64,000 nucleotides of DNA from Octopus sinensis (GCF_006345805.1 NC_043005.1:57660001-57724000), one strand, 5' to 3'; counted from the first letter of the stretch, positions 36,504 to 50,737 are shown. Made by a program: numbers and translations. The notes: generated from the letters alone by a model not told the origin.

Positions 36504-37387
36504 CGAGGTCTGATCAATAAGTATCCGGACTGTTGCCATAGTAACGAAACTAAAACACGCAGACTGAAGCCGCTTTGCACAAATTGACCTTGGACTCTGC
36601 TGTGCATGCGCACTAAGTTTTAACATTCTTGCTCACTTCTGCTGTTTACAGTAGTGCTTGGAAGGAAGGTGTGTAGCGTGTGATAGTCGCATTGACCCTG
36701 ACAGAGTAAGTTATCATGGTAATACCTGCCCAGAGGCCAACGCAAAGTTGCAGAAAGTGTATAGAGAGGAGTGTATGAGCCTCATACAAGTACACGAGTG
36801 GTTCAAACGTTTCCAAGATGGCTGAAAAAATGTCGATATTGATGAACATTCTGGGAGACTTGCAACCAACAGAACTGAGAAAAACATTGCAGATGTGCGT
36901 GCAGCTGTGCGTGCAGCTGTGAGGAGAAATCGTCGAATCACCGTCCGTGAGTTATCAGAGAATGTGCAGATTAGTTACGATTCATTTCAGTCCATTATCA
37001 TTAAAGATTTGAGTATGAGACACATGTCTGCCAAGTTTGTGCCAAATCTGCTTTCAGTTGACCAAAAAGACACTCGGGGGTTTCAGTTGCACAAGATCTT
37101 GATTGTGTCGAGAATGATGAAAGATTTTTGAAAACTTTGCGTAGGCCTCTTTTGGCAAAATTGATGCAGATCCTCTGCTCAACTTTCTGTCGTGGTCAAT
37201 GCGACGATTAGACGCTACACACCTCCCTTCCAAGTACTGCTGTAAACAGTGGAAGTGAGCTGGAACGTTAAAATTTAGTGTGCATGCACAGTTGCAGTCA
37301 AGAGCAATCTGTGCAAAGCGGCTTCACGCTGCATGCTTTAGCTTCGTTATTATGGCAACAGTTCGGGTACTTAATGATCAGACCACG
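36504..37387 (+). mobile_element. mariner derivative with ~260-bp inverted ends and transposase N-terminus
   Basis: TA|cgaggtctgatcaataag...gatcagaccacg|TA; internal HEWFKRFQDG and VRRNRRITVRELS...AKFVP (WVPHEL-like linker). Confidence 0.85.
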
Positions 37388-38307
37388 TATATTCCCGTTA
37401 CGGAAATTATCAACATCACCAGTGGCACATGCCGTAGAAGATAAACAGAGTTTCAAGGATAAGACTCCCTCAAATCTAGGGAGACGTAGGGTGGGGAGCG
37501 GTCAGATATATGCACACATTCCTACACTCACATACCAAGCCAACATTTACAACAGAGGGTAAAGTAGGAGAGAAAAAGAAGGAGTAAGCACAAGATCTGT
37601 AATTAACGGCAAAAGTAGAGGCTACAACCGATAGGTCGATATATATATTTTGATCGCGTTTGAAATTTACAAATATATTTGTAATAAAATTTGATCTTTA
37701 ATAAATTCGAATTGAATTGAAATTATCAGGATTAATATTATTTATATTTGAGACAGACAACTGACTACAATTCACTACACCATTTCTGGTTCGTTCACTC
37801 CTCTCTGCCAAATCTTAGTATATTCAGACACAATCGAGTCAACAGCAACGATGTCCACTGCATAATAAATGCCAACATTTCGACTTGAAAGCGGACGATG
37901 TATGACATCAAGCCATCATCACTTGAAACATTCTTTCTGGTTTATAATTAGGATGGCTAGTCTATTTACACTGATATACTGATTATGCTGTTTCTAGTAT
38001 GAAGTTTAGTTTTTAAAATCAGACACTTCTGGTGCCGTATCTTATCAGTTTCATCTTACTCTTAAGTATTTGTATGGGTGGTTCTGGTCTAATAACCTGA
38101 TTTTGGTGCCTTGTCTAATTTAATATTCTTGGGTTTTAATTAGATTTCCACCGTTTATCGTGCGTAGCTTAGGCATATTTTTCTACTACCATACCCATTT
38201 TTTTTTTGTGTGTGTCTTGGTTGAGTCTATGAACAATCGTTAGTAAAGAATTGTCCTTTGCAAATGATCTAAAACCATCTATATCGATGATATTATATGA
38301 ATTCAGC

Positions 38308-38566
38308 AAGGCAGCGAAATGCTTATCGACATTTCGTCTGTCTTTGTGTTCTGAGTTCAAATTCCGCCGAGGTTGACTGTGCCTTTCATCCTTTCGGGGT
38401 CGATTAAATAAGTACCAGTTACGCACTGGGGTCGATACAATCGACTTAATCCGTTTGTCTGTCCTTGTTTGTCCTCTCTGTGTTTAACCCCTTATGGGTA
38501 GTAAAGAAATAGGTATTTCGTCTGTCTTTACGTTCTGAGTTCAAATTCTGCCGAGGTCGACTTTGC
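38308..38566 (+). mobile_element. SINE-B with read-through into a second partial copy
   Basis: ...gtaaagaaataGGTATTTCgtctg junction at 38511-38520. Confidence 0.85.
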
Positions 38567-39100
38567 GTGTAGCGTTATATTTGAAGAGTTGAGACGAGCT
38601 AACGTGGAAGTCTCTATATTATGGCTTGGCTTGCTAGAAATAACAACCTCAACTCCCTCTAACCACAGCCTGTCAATCGTTTCAAAAAAGGAAAGGCACT
38701 TTGAATAATGGAGTAAAATTTGAATATCATTCCTATTATAATATACAGATAAACAAAAATAAATACAGATAATATGCAAAATAATATATATAATGTAGTA
38801 TTGCGCATATTATTCTAGGACTTCATTATCTGAATTGACACAGAGCATAAACAGACAATCTTTACTACCATGCTGCTAGCTTTAATTCTTATTGGAGCTT
38901 TAGATATGACCCTGGGATCATAAGCATAACATGTTAGCTTATACATTGAATATAAAAGCCAGCTGAAAGTGTGCTTGCCTGATGTTAACATATAGACCAC
39001 TTATTCGCTTATACATCGAATTCATTGAATTAAAAGTATTTTCACAACGAATTAGAAATAATTTACTTTATATATTTGATAATTGATACTCATTATTTTA

Positions 39101-39760
39101 AGGCGACGAGCTGGCAGAAACGTTAGCACGTCGGGCGAAATGCTTAGCAGTATTTCGTCCGTCTTTACGTTATGAGTTCAAATTCTGCCGAGGTCGACTT
39201 TGCCTTTCATCATTTCGAGGTCGATAAATTAAGTACCAGTTGCGTACTGGGGCTGATCTAATCAATTGGTACCCCTCACCAAAAATTTCGAGCCATGTAC
39301 CTAGAGCAGAAAAGAAATTTTTATTATCGAGTAAGGCGGCGAGCTGGCAGAAACGCCGGGCGAAATGCATAGTGGCATTTGGTCAGTCTTTACGTTCTAG
39401 GTTCAAATGCCGCCGCGGTTGACTTTGGCTTTCATACTTTGGATGTCGATAAAATAAATCCTAGTTGAGCACTGGGAGGTTTGATTTAAACGACATAGCC
39501 CCTCTCCCTCGAAATTGCTGGCTTCGTGCCAAAATTTAAAACCACTATTTATTATTCTTGTAGGGGCGGTGACCTGGCAGAATCGTTAGCACACCGGGAA
39601 AATGCTTAGCGGCGTTTTGTCCCTCTTTACTTTCTGAGTTCAAATTCAGCCGAGGTCGACCTTTCGGGGTCGATTAAATAAGTACCAGTTGAGCACTGAA
39701 GGTCGATGCAATCGATTTATTCCTCTCCCGAAATTGCTAGCCTTTTGCCATTATTATTCT
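39101..39760 (+). mobile_element. Three same-orientation SINE-B copies
   Basis: aaggcgacgagctggcagaa, aaggcggcgagctggcagaa and ggggcggtgacctggcagaa starts at ~39101, ~39333 and ~39562. Confidence 0.8.
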
Positions 39761-41389
39761 AGTCTGGGTAGGGCAGTTCCTATCACACATACCCTAAGTC
39801 GCGTCCCTCAATGTAACCTCTGGATGTGTCACAATTAGGTCGAAATTGAGATTCTTCGGCTATAAGACCCGATCGTTCTCTCATGGGAATTATAAAATTA
39901 CTTTAAAGCAAGACTACAAATATTTTTTTTAAATACATGGAATTAATTAATAAATTTGGTCTGCTCGAATTACCAAAATATACTACCATTAGAGAAATAG
40001 ACATGAAAGAGAAACTGACACATTCAATTAGAACAAAATTCTTGATGAATTAATCAAAAGAAACACAGACGATTAACAAGACCATTTTATAGCTTCAAGT
40101 TTCGGTGCAACTAATAGACATTCTTGAGCAGAAGAGAAATAAGTGATAATATCTCTAGGACTCTTTATCGCACCGAACAAAATGCTTAGCGGCATTTCTA
40201 ACCACTTATCGTTCTTAGTTCAAATGCCGTCGGGGTCGACTTTGCCTTTCATTCTTTTCATTCTTTGAGCAAAAAAGTATAAGTCGATTAGTGTGTCTCT
40301 GTGCTCTATTCCAAACAAACTGTATAATACTGGGTGGAAACATATGTTGTACCCAATAATGATTTAATACTGAATCCATCAGTTAATTAATATTATATAT
40401 TATATAATTAATATTATATATATATATATATAATCTGTATGTATGTATGTATGTATGTATGTATGTATGTATGTATGTATGTATGTATGTATGTATGTGT
40501 TTGTGTGTGTGTGTGTGTTTAACCCACAGATTTGGTAATGCCGTTATCGGTGTCAGCCATAGACGTCTAAGCATTGCATACAATAAAAAATATATTATTT
40601 AATCCTGCTTGAATAAGGTTAAACCACGAGAGTAAAACATGATATTTAGAAGACAGCAACAACAACAGCAGCGACTATATAGAAGTCTCTTATTGTTAAT
40701 TCTTGCATATTTTTACAAACAGACGTTTCAGACCTTGCATAAATTAATTTTTGTTTATTTGAAACTAAGAACAGTTTTCTACTCGGTGTTTTCTACGTGG
40801 CCGTTCGATTTACTAGAAATAGATGTTAAATTTCTTTAAAATCTCACCCTCATGCAAGGGCTCTCATAAAAGGTACGCGTACGACTAGGGGTACGCTAAA
40901 AGAAGTTTTCGGGCTATACGAGGTTTGTAAAAATATCGGAATTTTGAAATATTTGCAACCAATTAAACACATTTCGTGTATCAAGAAAATGTTTGGAGAG
41001 ACTTTTGCTGTTTCCATAAACATGTCGTTGTGAACAAGGACAATGTTTATAACCAAAAATATGTATAAAATAGTCAATTGAGAATAATATATCGATGTAC
41101 CTTCCCGAAAGTGTAACTAGAACTTAGCGCAATGTTTTACTTGCTAGAAAGAGTTAAGCTCATCCATCTAGAGCTAAGCTTATCCATCTCATTCAAAATG
41201 TTACTTTAAATTATCTTAAGCTGATTTCTTATATAGGTACAACATCAGAAATTTTGTGAGAGGGAACAGTTGATTATATCGACCTCAGTCCCCTACTTTA
41301 TTGACATTGGGAGGATGAAAGGCAAAGCTGACGCCGACGCGAGTTGAACTCGTTAAATTAATTTAAATGAATTCATAAATCATATATGT

Positions 41390-41548
41390 CTATTTGTGGG
41401 GAGCGAACTAGTTGATTACATCGATCCCAGCGCTTAACTGGTACTGACTTTATCGACCCCAAAAGGATGAAAGGCGAATTCGACCACAGTAGAATTTGAA
41501 CCCAGAACATAAAGCCGGTAGAAACGCCGCTAAGCAGTTTTGTCCGGC
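41390..41548 (-). mobile_element. SINE-B fragment
   Basis: atcgaccccaaaaggatgaaaggcg...aatttgaacccagaac. Confidence 0.7.
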
Positions 41549-41820
41549 ACAGTAACGATTCTGGCAACATAAAACTAAATAATAGTATCTAGATAGCATG
41601 TAAAAAGCCATTCTGGATTGAAAATATCGAAAGATCACCCAATATTTACATGCTATTCAAGGCGGCGAGTTGGCGGAAACACACACACATACATACAAAC
41701 AAAGACATGACAGAAGTAAATAGACACCCCATAAAATATCGTTTCATGTTTATTCTAACTTGAAAAGGTTTATTTATATATATATATCATGTTTCAGGTT
41801 CTATATGTGACTGTTTAATC

Positions 41821-42375
41821 ATGCCATATACAAAAGAAGCCTTGGAACTGTCTGAATTTCAAAGAGGCCGTATTGTGGGTTATTCTGAAGGTGGACATAG
41901 CGTTAAATCGCAGGAAACCTTGGGCTCCCACTTTCTACAGTTAATAGAGTGATTGTGCGATTCACCAGAGAGGGGAAAGAGTCTACATCACCTCGCCCAG
42001 ATCAACCAAAGACCTCTGACAAGAACCTTCTCTTTGTTAAGAGATGTGAGGAGGATAGTCCTCGCTGCAAGGCCTCTGACATAGCAGAACAAGTTGATGT
42101 CAGTCCCAGAATAGCCGTCAGGTATCTCGACAAACTTGGTTACTATGGCAGAGCAGTAAGAAGGAAGCCACTTCTTCGATCAGCCAACACTAAGCGGATA
42201 AAAGATTGGGCCAGTGAGATGGTGGAGTGGCCGCTAGCATTTTGGGACACTGTCATATTCTCTGATGAGTCCAGATTTGCTGTATTTCCTGACAGTGGTT
42301 GAATGAGGGTCTGGAGACTTTGTGAGGAAGAATTCTGTGATGGTCTGGGGAGCAATTTGGGAGTAAAATGGTTGA
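41821..42375 (+). pseudogene. Tc1-type transposase fragment (HTH to first catalytic Asp)
   Basis: LSEFQRGRIVG..., GYYGRAVRRKPLL, WDTVIFSDESRF; internally deleted. Confidence 0.85.
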
Positions 42376-42379
42376 TCAG

Positions 42380-42474
<95 letters not shown>

Positions 42475-42479
42475 ATTAA

Positions 42480-43467
42480 AGTTCTGTATGAATTATATTA
42501 TTTTTTGCTGTGCGCTAAATTACAGCTCAAATCCTATAGAAATTACTTTTCCTATTCTGTCATTCCTGTTTGTGAGGAGCGTATTTCAAAACCTGATCTT
42601 CCATTTAAACTTACAAGGAAGTTATCTCAGAAACCTTGTCTTTTACCTGTTGTTTCTAGCATGTATGAGATGATATTTGCGTCATATGTTTCCACCCAGG
42701 ATTATACAGTGTGTTGGAATAGAGCACACAGAGACACTAATCGATTTATACTTAATTGGGGACGCAAATGTCCTCAATTTACTCACATTACTATGTTTTC
42801 CATACAGGAGATTTGCATTTCGCCCGAAAGTGGGTAGCCGATAGGTGGCCAAGGTGGGGGAAAGGGCATTTAGTATTTCTTTCAGAAAAATTAAATTTTC
42901 CAAAGAAAATTATATTCCCCACATTCGTAACCCCTATATTTTCCACGTGTATAAAAAAAAATTCGAAAAGCAGTTGAAAATTAGGAAGCTTCGGCGGGGA
43001 GGGGAGAAATTATAATTTTGAAAACAAGATTTCTGGCCAATATCATATTAACCTCTTCTTATTCCATGAAACAGTAAAAATAGTTTGTGATCCTTCTTAA
43101 GAGCATAAATCACTTTCATGCAAATTGTACCCCCCACTTCACTTCTGGATAAACAATAACTTCCATTACGCCAGTAATCCACTCCACTATACATATCAGA
43201 TAACAGAATGCATTACGCTTATCAAGACAGAGCATAGCCAAATCATTCACAGTTTACCGCTTCTTATCAAAATTTTTCCCACATCTTTTCATCTATTTCT
43301 GAAAAATCAAATTATATGTTTCGTAATCGTTCGCTCTTTTCTGCCATGCCACCAAAACGAAGACATTCTCATTTATCTCCGCAAACAAGGGTCGCATAAG
43401 AAAGAAACAAATAATACATTGCGGCTGTAGGTCATGACGCTTGGGCAACGCCGGGATGCATTGCTAG
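42480..43467 (+). mobile_element. Probable non-autonomous Helitron (only the 3' terminus is clear)
   Basis: gcttgggcaacgccgggatgcattgCTAG|T at 43440-43468; the 5' boundary is a guess. Confidence 0.45.
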
Positions 43468-43473
43468 TGTATG

Positions 43474-43533
<60 letters not shown>

Positions 43534-43534
43534 T

Positions 43535-43945
43535 TTTTAATCTTTTATTCTTTACTTGCTTCAGTCATTTGACTGCGGCCATGCTGGAGCACCGCCTTTA
43601 ATCGAGCAACTCGACCCCGGGACTTATTCTTTTGTAAGCCCAGTACTTATTCTATCGGTCTCTTTTGCCGAACCGCTAAGTAACGGGGACATAAACACAC
43701 CAGCATCGGTTGTCAAGCAATGCTAGGGGGACAAACACAGACACACAAACACACACACGCATACATATATATATATATACATACATATATACGACGGGCT
43801 TCTTTTCAGTTTCCCTCTACCAAATCCACTCACAAGGCTTTGGTCGGCCCGAGGCCATAGTAGAAGACACTTGCCCAAGGTGTCACGCAGTAGGACTGAA
43901 CCCGGAACCATGTGGTTGGTAAACAAGCTACTTACCACTCCTGTA
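43535..43945 (-). mobile_element. SINE-A
   Basis: Near-consensus full copy. Confidence 0.9.
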
Positions 43946-44007
43946 TATATATATACATATATATATGTATATATATATGTATATATGTGTGTGTGTGTGT
44001 CTATGTA

Positions 44008-44044
<37 letters not shown>

Positions 44045-44054
44045 TCGCTCGCTT

Positions 44055-44092
<38 letters not shown>

Positions 44093-44694
44093 GCACATTC
44101 ACATGCACACTCACATATAAACTCATATACGTATATACCTCCACCTACAAGCTTACCTGCATATGCATCAGAAAGACAAACACATACACTCACACACTCA
44201 CACACGCGCGCGCACACACACACTAAAAAATACACGGAAATGGCCTTATTATTTATAAGGTGTGGCGCTGTAAAAGGATTTCCGTTTCCAGGACTCTTGG
44301 TCAAATCCTCTATTCTTTTCTGTACCTATTCTTCCACAACGTCCTCCGTCTTACTTCCTTTCTTATTTGTGTCATATCATTGCTATTCTTCTTCTATTAA
44401 ATCTTTCTCTGTCTACCGTAGAACAACTGCCCACTCACCTTCTTTCCCCCTTCACATCCACTTTTGTCCCTCCTATGCACTGGCTCTTTATACAATCACA
44501 AAGGAACGTTTAATTTATTAATGTATAAAGCTGTTATTAATGAAAATATATATGTAAACTGATAATGCATTATATATAAACCTGCCTTCTTTTTTTGTTA
44601 GAGAGAACAATACACAAAAGATAAATATACAGAAAATCTCGTTTCTCGTTTGATTCTGTCCATCCATCTAATGGTTTATTATAATGTAAAAATG

Positions 44695-44748
<54 letters not shown>

Positions 44749-44849
44749 CACACACACACTTACATACATACATACATACACACATAGTGAATAACGAAAT
44801 AAATAGGTTCTATGCCTGCTCAAACGTGAGAGTAACTACATCTTTAGAG

Positions 44850-45620
44850 TTGGTGAAGAATTACTGTGCAGGTACTCTGAAAATACAACTGTCTGATGTG
44901 ACCCAAAGAAGGTTGGACTGACCTACCTACCTAAGCAGACGCTTGGAGGAGAAGTAGGCATCATACCAGCAAAAAGCAATATATGCATACATCTCCCGTG
45001 AGCTGGAGAGCAACAACAGCATTGACAGGAAGAGTAGCTTCTCTTGAAACTGTAATAAATACATTACATCCACTCTACAAGGATTTACCTTAGCTTCCCA
45101 GAAACAGGAAATAGTTACTAAATACCTGATAAACAAGTGGAACAAAGATACCACCAAACATCCACGTTGTGAAAAAAAAATGCAAATGTCGGCTCTGTTA
45201 TACCAGTGTGGAAGATATCACCCACAACATTAGCAGCTGTCCTGAAATGTCTACGAGATACTACCTGCCCCTGAGGTATAATATAGTTGCAAAGACCAAC
45301 ACATGAAGGACTATCCTTGACACATACATCAAGAGCATATCAGAACCAGCAGGTATTAAGACCTTTAAAAAACAAGGAATTCTGGTGGAACACTCCAATA
45401 AAAACATCAACTTGATGCAAACTTAACAGACCTGATATTGTTCTGTAGGGCATGGAATAAAAATCATGTACTGTTGTAGAGATCTGCTGCCCAGCAGATG
45501 TGAATGTACAATCAAAAATCCAGGAAAAGAGAGCATTTATAGCAAATTAATGCGGAGTTCATAGCTCTTGTAGCAGTGACTATGAATTCTCATTTCTACC
45601 TATCATTATAAGGTGCATTA
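44850..45620 (+). pseudogene. Older RLE-LINE fragment (CCHC knuckle + RLE), related to the (ATAC)n family
   Basis: QEIVTKYL...CRLCYTSVEDITHNISSCPEMSTRYYLPLR, then cttaacagacctgatatt (NRPDI) and a GAL motif. Confidence 0.7.
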
Positions 45621-45669
45621 AATTATCTTCCTAGAAACACGGTTTCACGGACAAAGAGCAAAAGAAACT

Positions 45670-45900
45670 GAGGCGGTGAGCTGGCAGAAACGTTAGCACG
45701 CCGGGCGAAATGCTTAGCGGTATTTCGTCTGCCGTTACGTTCTGAGTTCAAATTCCGCCGAGGTCGACTTTGCCTTTCATCCTTTCGGGATCGATTAAAT
45801 AAGTACCAGTTACGCACTGGGGTCGATATAATCGACTTAATCCGTTTGTCTGTCCTTGTTTGTCCCCTCTGTGTTTAGCTCCTTGTGGGTAATAAAGAAA
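45670..45900 (+). mobile_element. SINE-B full copy
   Basis: Near-consensus; flanking duplication aagaaactgaggcgg at ~45662 and ~45902. Confidence 0.92.
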
Positions 45901-47289
45901 TAAGAAACTGAGGCGGATTCTCCAAATCGAATTTATTAGTGGTACAATTAGATGCACACTCTTGGATCATGCATCGACAGTTCAACCAACACACCAACTC
46001 AATCACATATTTAGAAACACCGGGAACTCTCTTAATCCACAAAGTCTTGACGTTTTGTTAGCGGACGACTTGAACACTCTCAAGAAGAATTAAACACAAT
46101 GAAAAATAGTAGACACACACTCACATAGAGGCACATCCACAGACACACAAACAAATATGTTTGTATGTACATACGTGTGTATGTATGTACATGTATGTAT
46201 GTATGTATGTATGTATGTATGTATGTATGTATGTATGTATGTATGTATGTATGTATGTGTGTATGTATATATGTATGTACGTGTGTGCGTGTGCATGTGT
46301 ATGTATGTATGTGTGCGTATGTATGTATGTATGTATGTATGTATGTATGTATGTATGTATGTATGTATGTATGTATGTATGTATGTATAAGATATTATAA
46401 AACAGAAAAATGAGGTTCTCTGACAGAACCCAAGTTTCGTAGCTATACCTGAGAGCACATTGCTAATTACACCAGGTGCAAAAGCCATCCGTTTTATCTC
46501 TTTCTCATTCTCACATGCTTTCTCTTTCTCTCCCCCCCCCACACGTACACACGCACTCATACACGCATACACACATACTTTCTTGCTTTCTCTCTTTTTC
46601 TATCTCCTTCTTTCTTACATACACATTCAAATTAGCATATAGTTTGCTAAAATCTACCAACACACCAACATCGATAAATACGCCATTTGTTTCATTGCTC
46701 GTTTATTCAACAATTACCTAAAATAGAGAACTGTAAGATGCTACAAAAAGCTATTTAGTTTAAAAACAGTAATGAACTGCAGATACGTTTTTTATTTGCT
46801 ACCTACCAATCAAAAGGGATAGATATCTTCCGAGTTTGTTGGCTCAATAATACAATGATATTTACACAGTACATGGTTGTTAATAAAGGTTTCCCATAGG
46901 ATAGAATTCAACCATCAATCGATGTTACGTTTGATAACTGCGGTTATCAGAAAGCGTACATAAATGTCCGTCGTTTGCTATGTCAACTGAATAATTGACG
47001 TAAATTGTGTAAAATGTGTTTGTGCTTGTTTCCGCTTGCAAAGCTAATTGCATGCAAGCAAATAGGCAACAGTAAAAAGAGAAGTAGATAAACTACGTGT
47101 GCTATTACACGCACACACACACACGCTCACACACACACGCACACGCATGCACACGCATGCATATGCATACGCACGCACACACAAACATCAAACATGCACA
47201 CGCACTTACACATACGCATGCACACACGTACGTGCGCGCGCACACACGTTTGAAGAAGGATTTTTTTAAAGTCTTAAACTATTTGAAAA

Positions 47290-47645
47290 GTTTTGTCTCG
47301 GGAAGACGTTTTCGTATTGTGAGTAAGTGCTTTTGTGAAAGAAGTTTCCGTATTATGAGTAAAGGCTTTTAGGAAAGAGGTTTTCGTATTGTGAGTTAAC
47401 TCTTCTGGAAAATTTTTCGTATTGTGAGTAAGCGCTTTTGGAAAAAAAATTTCCTTATTGTAAGTAAGCGCTTTGGGAAAAGAATTTATCGTATTGTGAG
47501 TAACCGCTTTTGGGAAAGAAGTTTTTGTATTCTGAGTTAGCGCTTTTTGGAAGAAGTTTTCGTATCGTGAGTAAGCGCTTTTGGGAAAGAAGTTTTCTTA
47601 TTGTAAGTAAGCGCTTTTGGGAAATAAATTTTCTGGGAAAGAAGT
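47290..47645. repeat. ~36-bp minisatellite, about 9-10 units
   Basis: Consensus tttcgtattgtgagtaagcgcttttgggaaagaagt; contiguous, no spacers. Confidence 0.9.
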
Positions 47646-47746
47646 TGTTACTGTGTGTAAGCCTTTTCGTTGTTCAACTTTTCAAACACACATGTGGGTT
47701 AATCCATAAAGAGAAAGTTGCTTCTAGTTCTGATGTTGAGTACTTC

Positions 47747-47940
47747 TAGTTTAGTTTCGGATTTAGAATCCTTAAAAAGTATTCTTCTTTTGCCTTTCGT
47801 TGTTGATCATTTTATTTTATCTTAGAAAAGGAGTCTTCACCTGCATTATTTGTTTCTTCGATGTGAATCTTGCCTTTGTTAGGACTCCTAGTATTTTGCG
47901 ATCTGGCCGTTGTTTTCGATTGTTGGCAATTTGTGATTTC
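47747..47940 (-). pseudogene. Penelope-like GIY-YIG endonuclease C-terminal remnant
   Basis: Minus frame reads ...FSKIK*NDQQRKAKEEYFLRILNPKLN*, matching the RxxxExxxIxxxxPxLN-type terminus of PLE endonucleases (recognised by eye). Confidence 0.6.
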
Positions 47941-48289
47941 TTAATTATTTATTAGAGATTCGTATTTTCCGGCATAAAGTCGACATAGTGTCTTTTACCA
48001 TAACCCCACCCCAAACTGTACGAATGGATTTGGTAGTTGTCGTATATATTCTTTTCTACTCTAGGCACAAGGCCGAAATTTTTGTGGGGAGGGGTCCAGT
48101 CAATTAGATCGACCCTAGTACGCAACTGGTATTTAACTTATCGACCTCGAAAGGATGAAAGTCAAAGTCGACCTTGGAGGAATTTGAGTTGTATATATTG
48201 TGCTTCTACTCTACTACCATTTTGTTCCTTCTTGAGCCACTCCTTGGCGTATAGGTTCCCAACCTGGACGGGACGCCGGCCCGTCGGAA

Positions 48290-48487
48290 GTGAGCTGCAA
48301 GATGCAGGAGGAAAGAGTGAGAGAAAGTTGTGGCGAAAGAATCAGCAGAAGTTCGCCATTATCTTCTGCCGGAGCCGCGTGGAGCTTAGGTGTTTCGCTC
48401 ATAAACACACACATCGCCCGGTCTGAGATTCGAACCCGCGATCACTCGACCGTGAGACCGCTGCTCTAACCACTAGGCCATGCACTA
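48290..48487 (-). mobile_element. SINE-D 5' part
   Basis: Homologous to the head of 59217-59597. Confidence 0.7.
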
Positions 48488-48719
48488 CCATTTGGCAACT
48501 GGTGTTAGTTTTTACAACTCCCTGTAAACGAGAAAACAGATTTATAGAGTAACAATTCCGTACAGCCATTTTTACCTGTAATATATGCAAGTACTAAGGT
48601 TAATTTCTTCGACTAAACCCTTCAATGCAGTGCACCAACATGGCTGCAGTTCAATGACTAAAACGAGTAAAATTCTTTAAAAATATGTAGTCAATACTTT
48701 TTCCTTTTCTTTCTTTTTT

Positions 48720-48948
48720 TTTTTTTTACTTGTTTCAATCATTTGACTGCGTTCATGCTGGAGCACCGTCTTGAAAGACTTTAGTCGAACAAATCGACCC
48801 CAGGACTTATTTTTTTAAAGCCCAGTACTTATTCTATCGTTTTTTTTGCCGAACCGCTAAGTTACGGGGACGTAGACACACCAACACTGGTTGTGAGTGG
48901 TGGTGGTGTATGGAGGAAAGAAATACAGACACAAAGACACACACATAG

Positions 48949-49020
<72 letters not shown>

Positions 49021-49190
49021 TATATATATACAACGGGTTTCTTTCAGTTTCCATCTATCAAGTCCGCTCACAAGGCTTGGTCGGCCCGAGGCTATAGCAG
49101 AAAACACTTGCCCAAGGTGCCATGCAATGGGACTGAACCTGGAACCAGGTAGTTGGAAAGCAAGCTTCTTACCTCACAGTCACTCCTGTA
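48720..49190 (-). mobile_element. SINE-A
   Basis: Full-length, diverged copy. Confidence 0.85.
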
Positions 49191-49909
49191 CCTGAAATTC
49201 ATTGTAATTGTTATGTACACATATATGTGAACACATTTTTTTTTTATATATATCGTTAAAATATTGATATATTTTACATCACAAACTAATATACCCGTTA
49301 GTATCTGAAATACATTGCTCGTATGTGTGTGCGAACATTTCTCGTTACTCACTTTACGTAGTCAGTACTTGAATAGATTTCCACTGCTATTATAATCTCT
49401 AATACATGTAAAAAAAAAAAAAAAAATTCGTTGCTATGCACCCGGAGCTATGTGGTCGGCATATTTGCATATTTTGTATCACGAACAATTGTAGCCATTG
49501 CATCTTTGAAAGCATTGCCTTGCTTTGTTCCTGTGTATATCTGAAAGCATTTCAGTTATTCGATACATTCTGAGGTATTACAACTAACAATAGTAGTAAG
49601 GAGTTGTAATGCTATGGATGAAATACAAATGAAATAAGGTGAACAAGAAACAGACAGAGCTACCCAAGACTGCATTTTCTAGACGCAACTAAAATCTATA
49701 AGGGTTTGATATTTCTGCTATTGCCTTGTTGTTGTTGTTTGGTCATATTTGAGTAGAACTATGAGTAAAGAAATCCCAAAGGGAACTGTTCTAATGCATA
49801 CTGTGTTACGAAGGCCCACATTATCTAATGAGTCTTTCTCCTTTAGAAAGACTTTTACGTGTAATTTGGAGGAAATTTGGCAGCTATCTCTAATATGTGG
49901 AGCAACAAG

Positions 49910-50008
49910 GCTTCTTCTTCTTCTTCTTCTTCTTCTTCTTCTTCTTCTTCTTCTTCTTCTTCTTCTTCTTCTTCTTCTTCTTCTTCTTCTTCTTCTTCTT
50001 TTTCCTTT

Positions 50009-50100
<92 letters not shown>

Positions 50101-50107
50101 TATTATT
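49910..50107. repeat. (TTC)n followed by (TTA)n
   Basis: Direct reading. Confidence 0.95.
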
Positions 50108-50595
50108 ATTCAGTAGTTTTATTTTTTATAGCGTGCTTTCACTTCACTACCGAGCGCAGCTCTGTGTGCCTTGGGTATGTGCTGTGATTGTTGTGATGCT
50201 CTGATGGTTATTGTATGGAAAGTGTTCTGCGTAGGATGTGTGCAGTGCCTAGTAGTGCAATTTTCTGTATGTTATATGTGTTTGTAAGTCCTGGTGTTTT
50301 TGTTATGTATTTGTCTGAATATTTTTTTATCATGCCTAATGCACCTACTATGATAGGATTTGTTTCTGTTTTTAGATTCCACATTCTGGTTACCTTCATT
50401 TCCAGGACTTTGTATTTTGAAAGTTTCTCCATTTCTTTTAGAGACACGTTGTCATTTGCCGGTATTGATACATCAATCAGAAAGCATTTGTTTCCTTCAT
50501 GATCTCTGACAACTATATCTGGTCTGTTGGCCTTAATTTCTCTATCTGTGTGTATCGGCATATCCCAGAATATGGTTGCTTTCTCATTTTCTCAT
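50100..50595 (-). mobile_element. 5'-truncated R4/Dong-like RLE LINE in (TAA)n
   Basis: ORF 50208-50561 RPDIVV...IDVSIP...KYK...VGALG; highly similar to 55315-55800; (TAA)n at both ends on the sense strand. Confidence 0.9.
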
Positions 50596-50607
50596 TATTA
50601 TTATTAC

Positions 50608-50662
<55 letters not shown>

Positions 50663-50737
50663 GTTGTTGTTGTTGTTGTTGTTGTTATTATTACTATTAT
50701 TATTATTATCATTATTATCATTATTATTATTATTATT

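Noticed and set aside
47290-47645. CRISPR-like array of ~36-bp repeats
   Set aside because: Units are contiguous and degenerate with no unique spacers, there are no cas genes, and the context is eukaryotic; it is a minisatellite.
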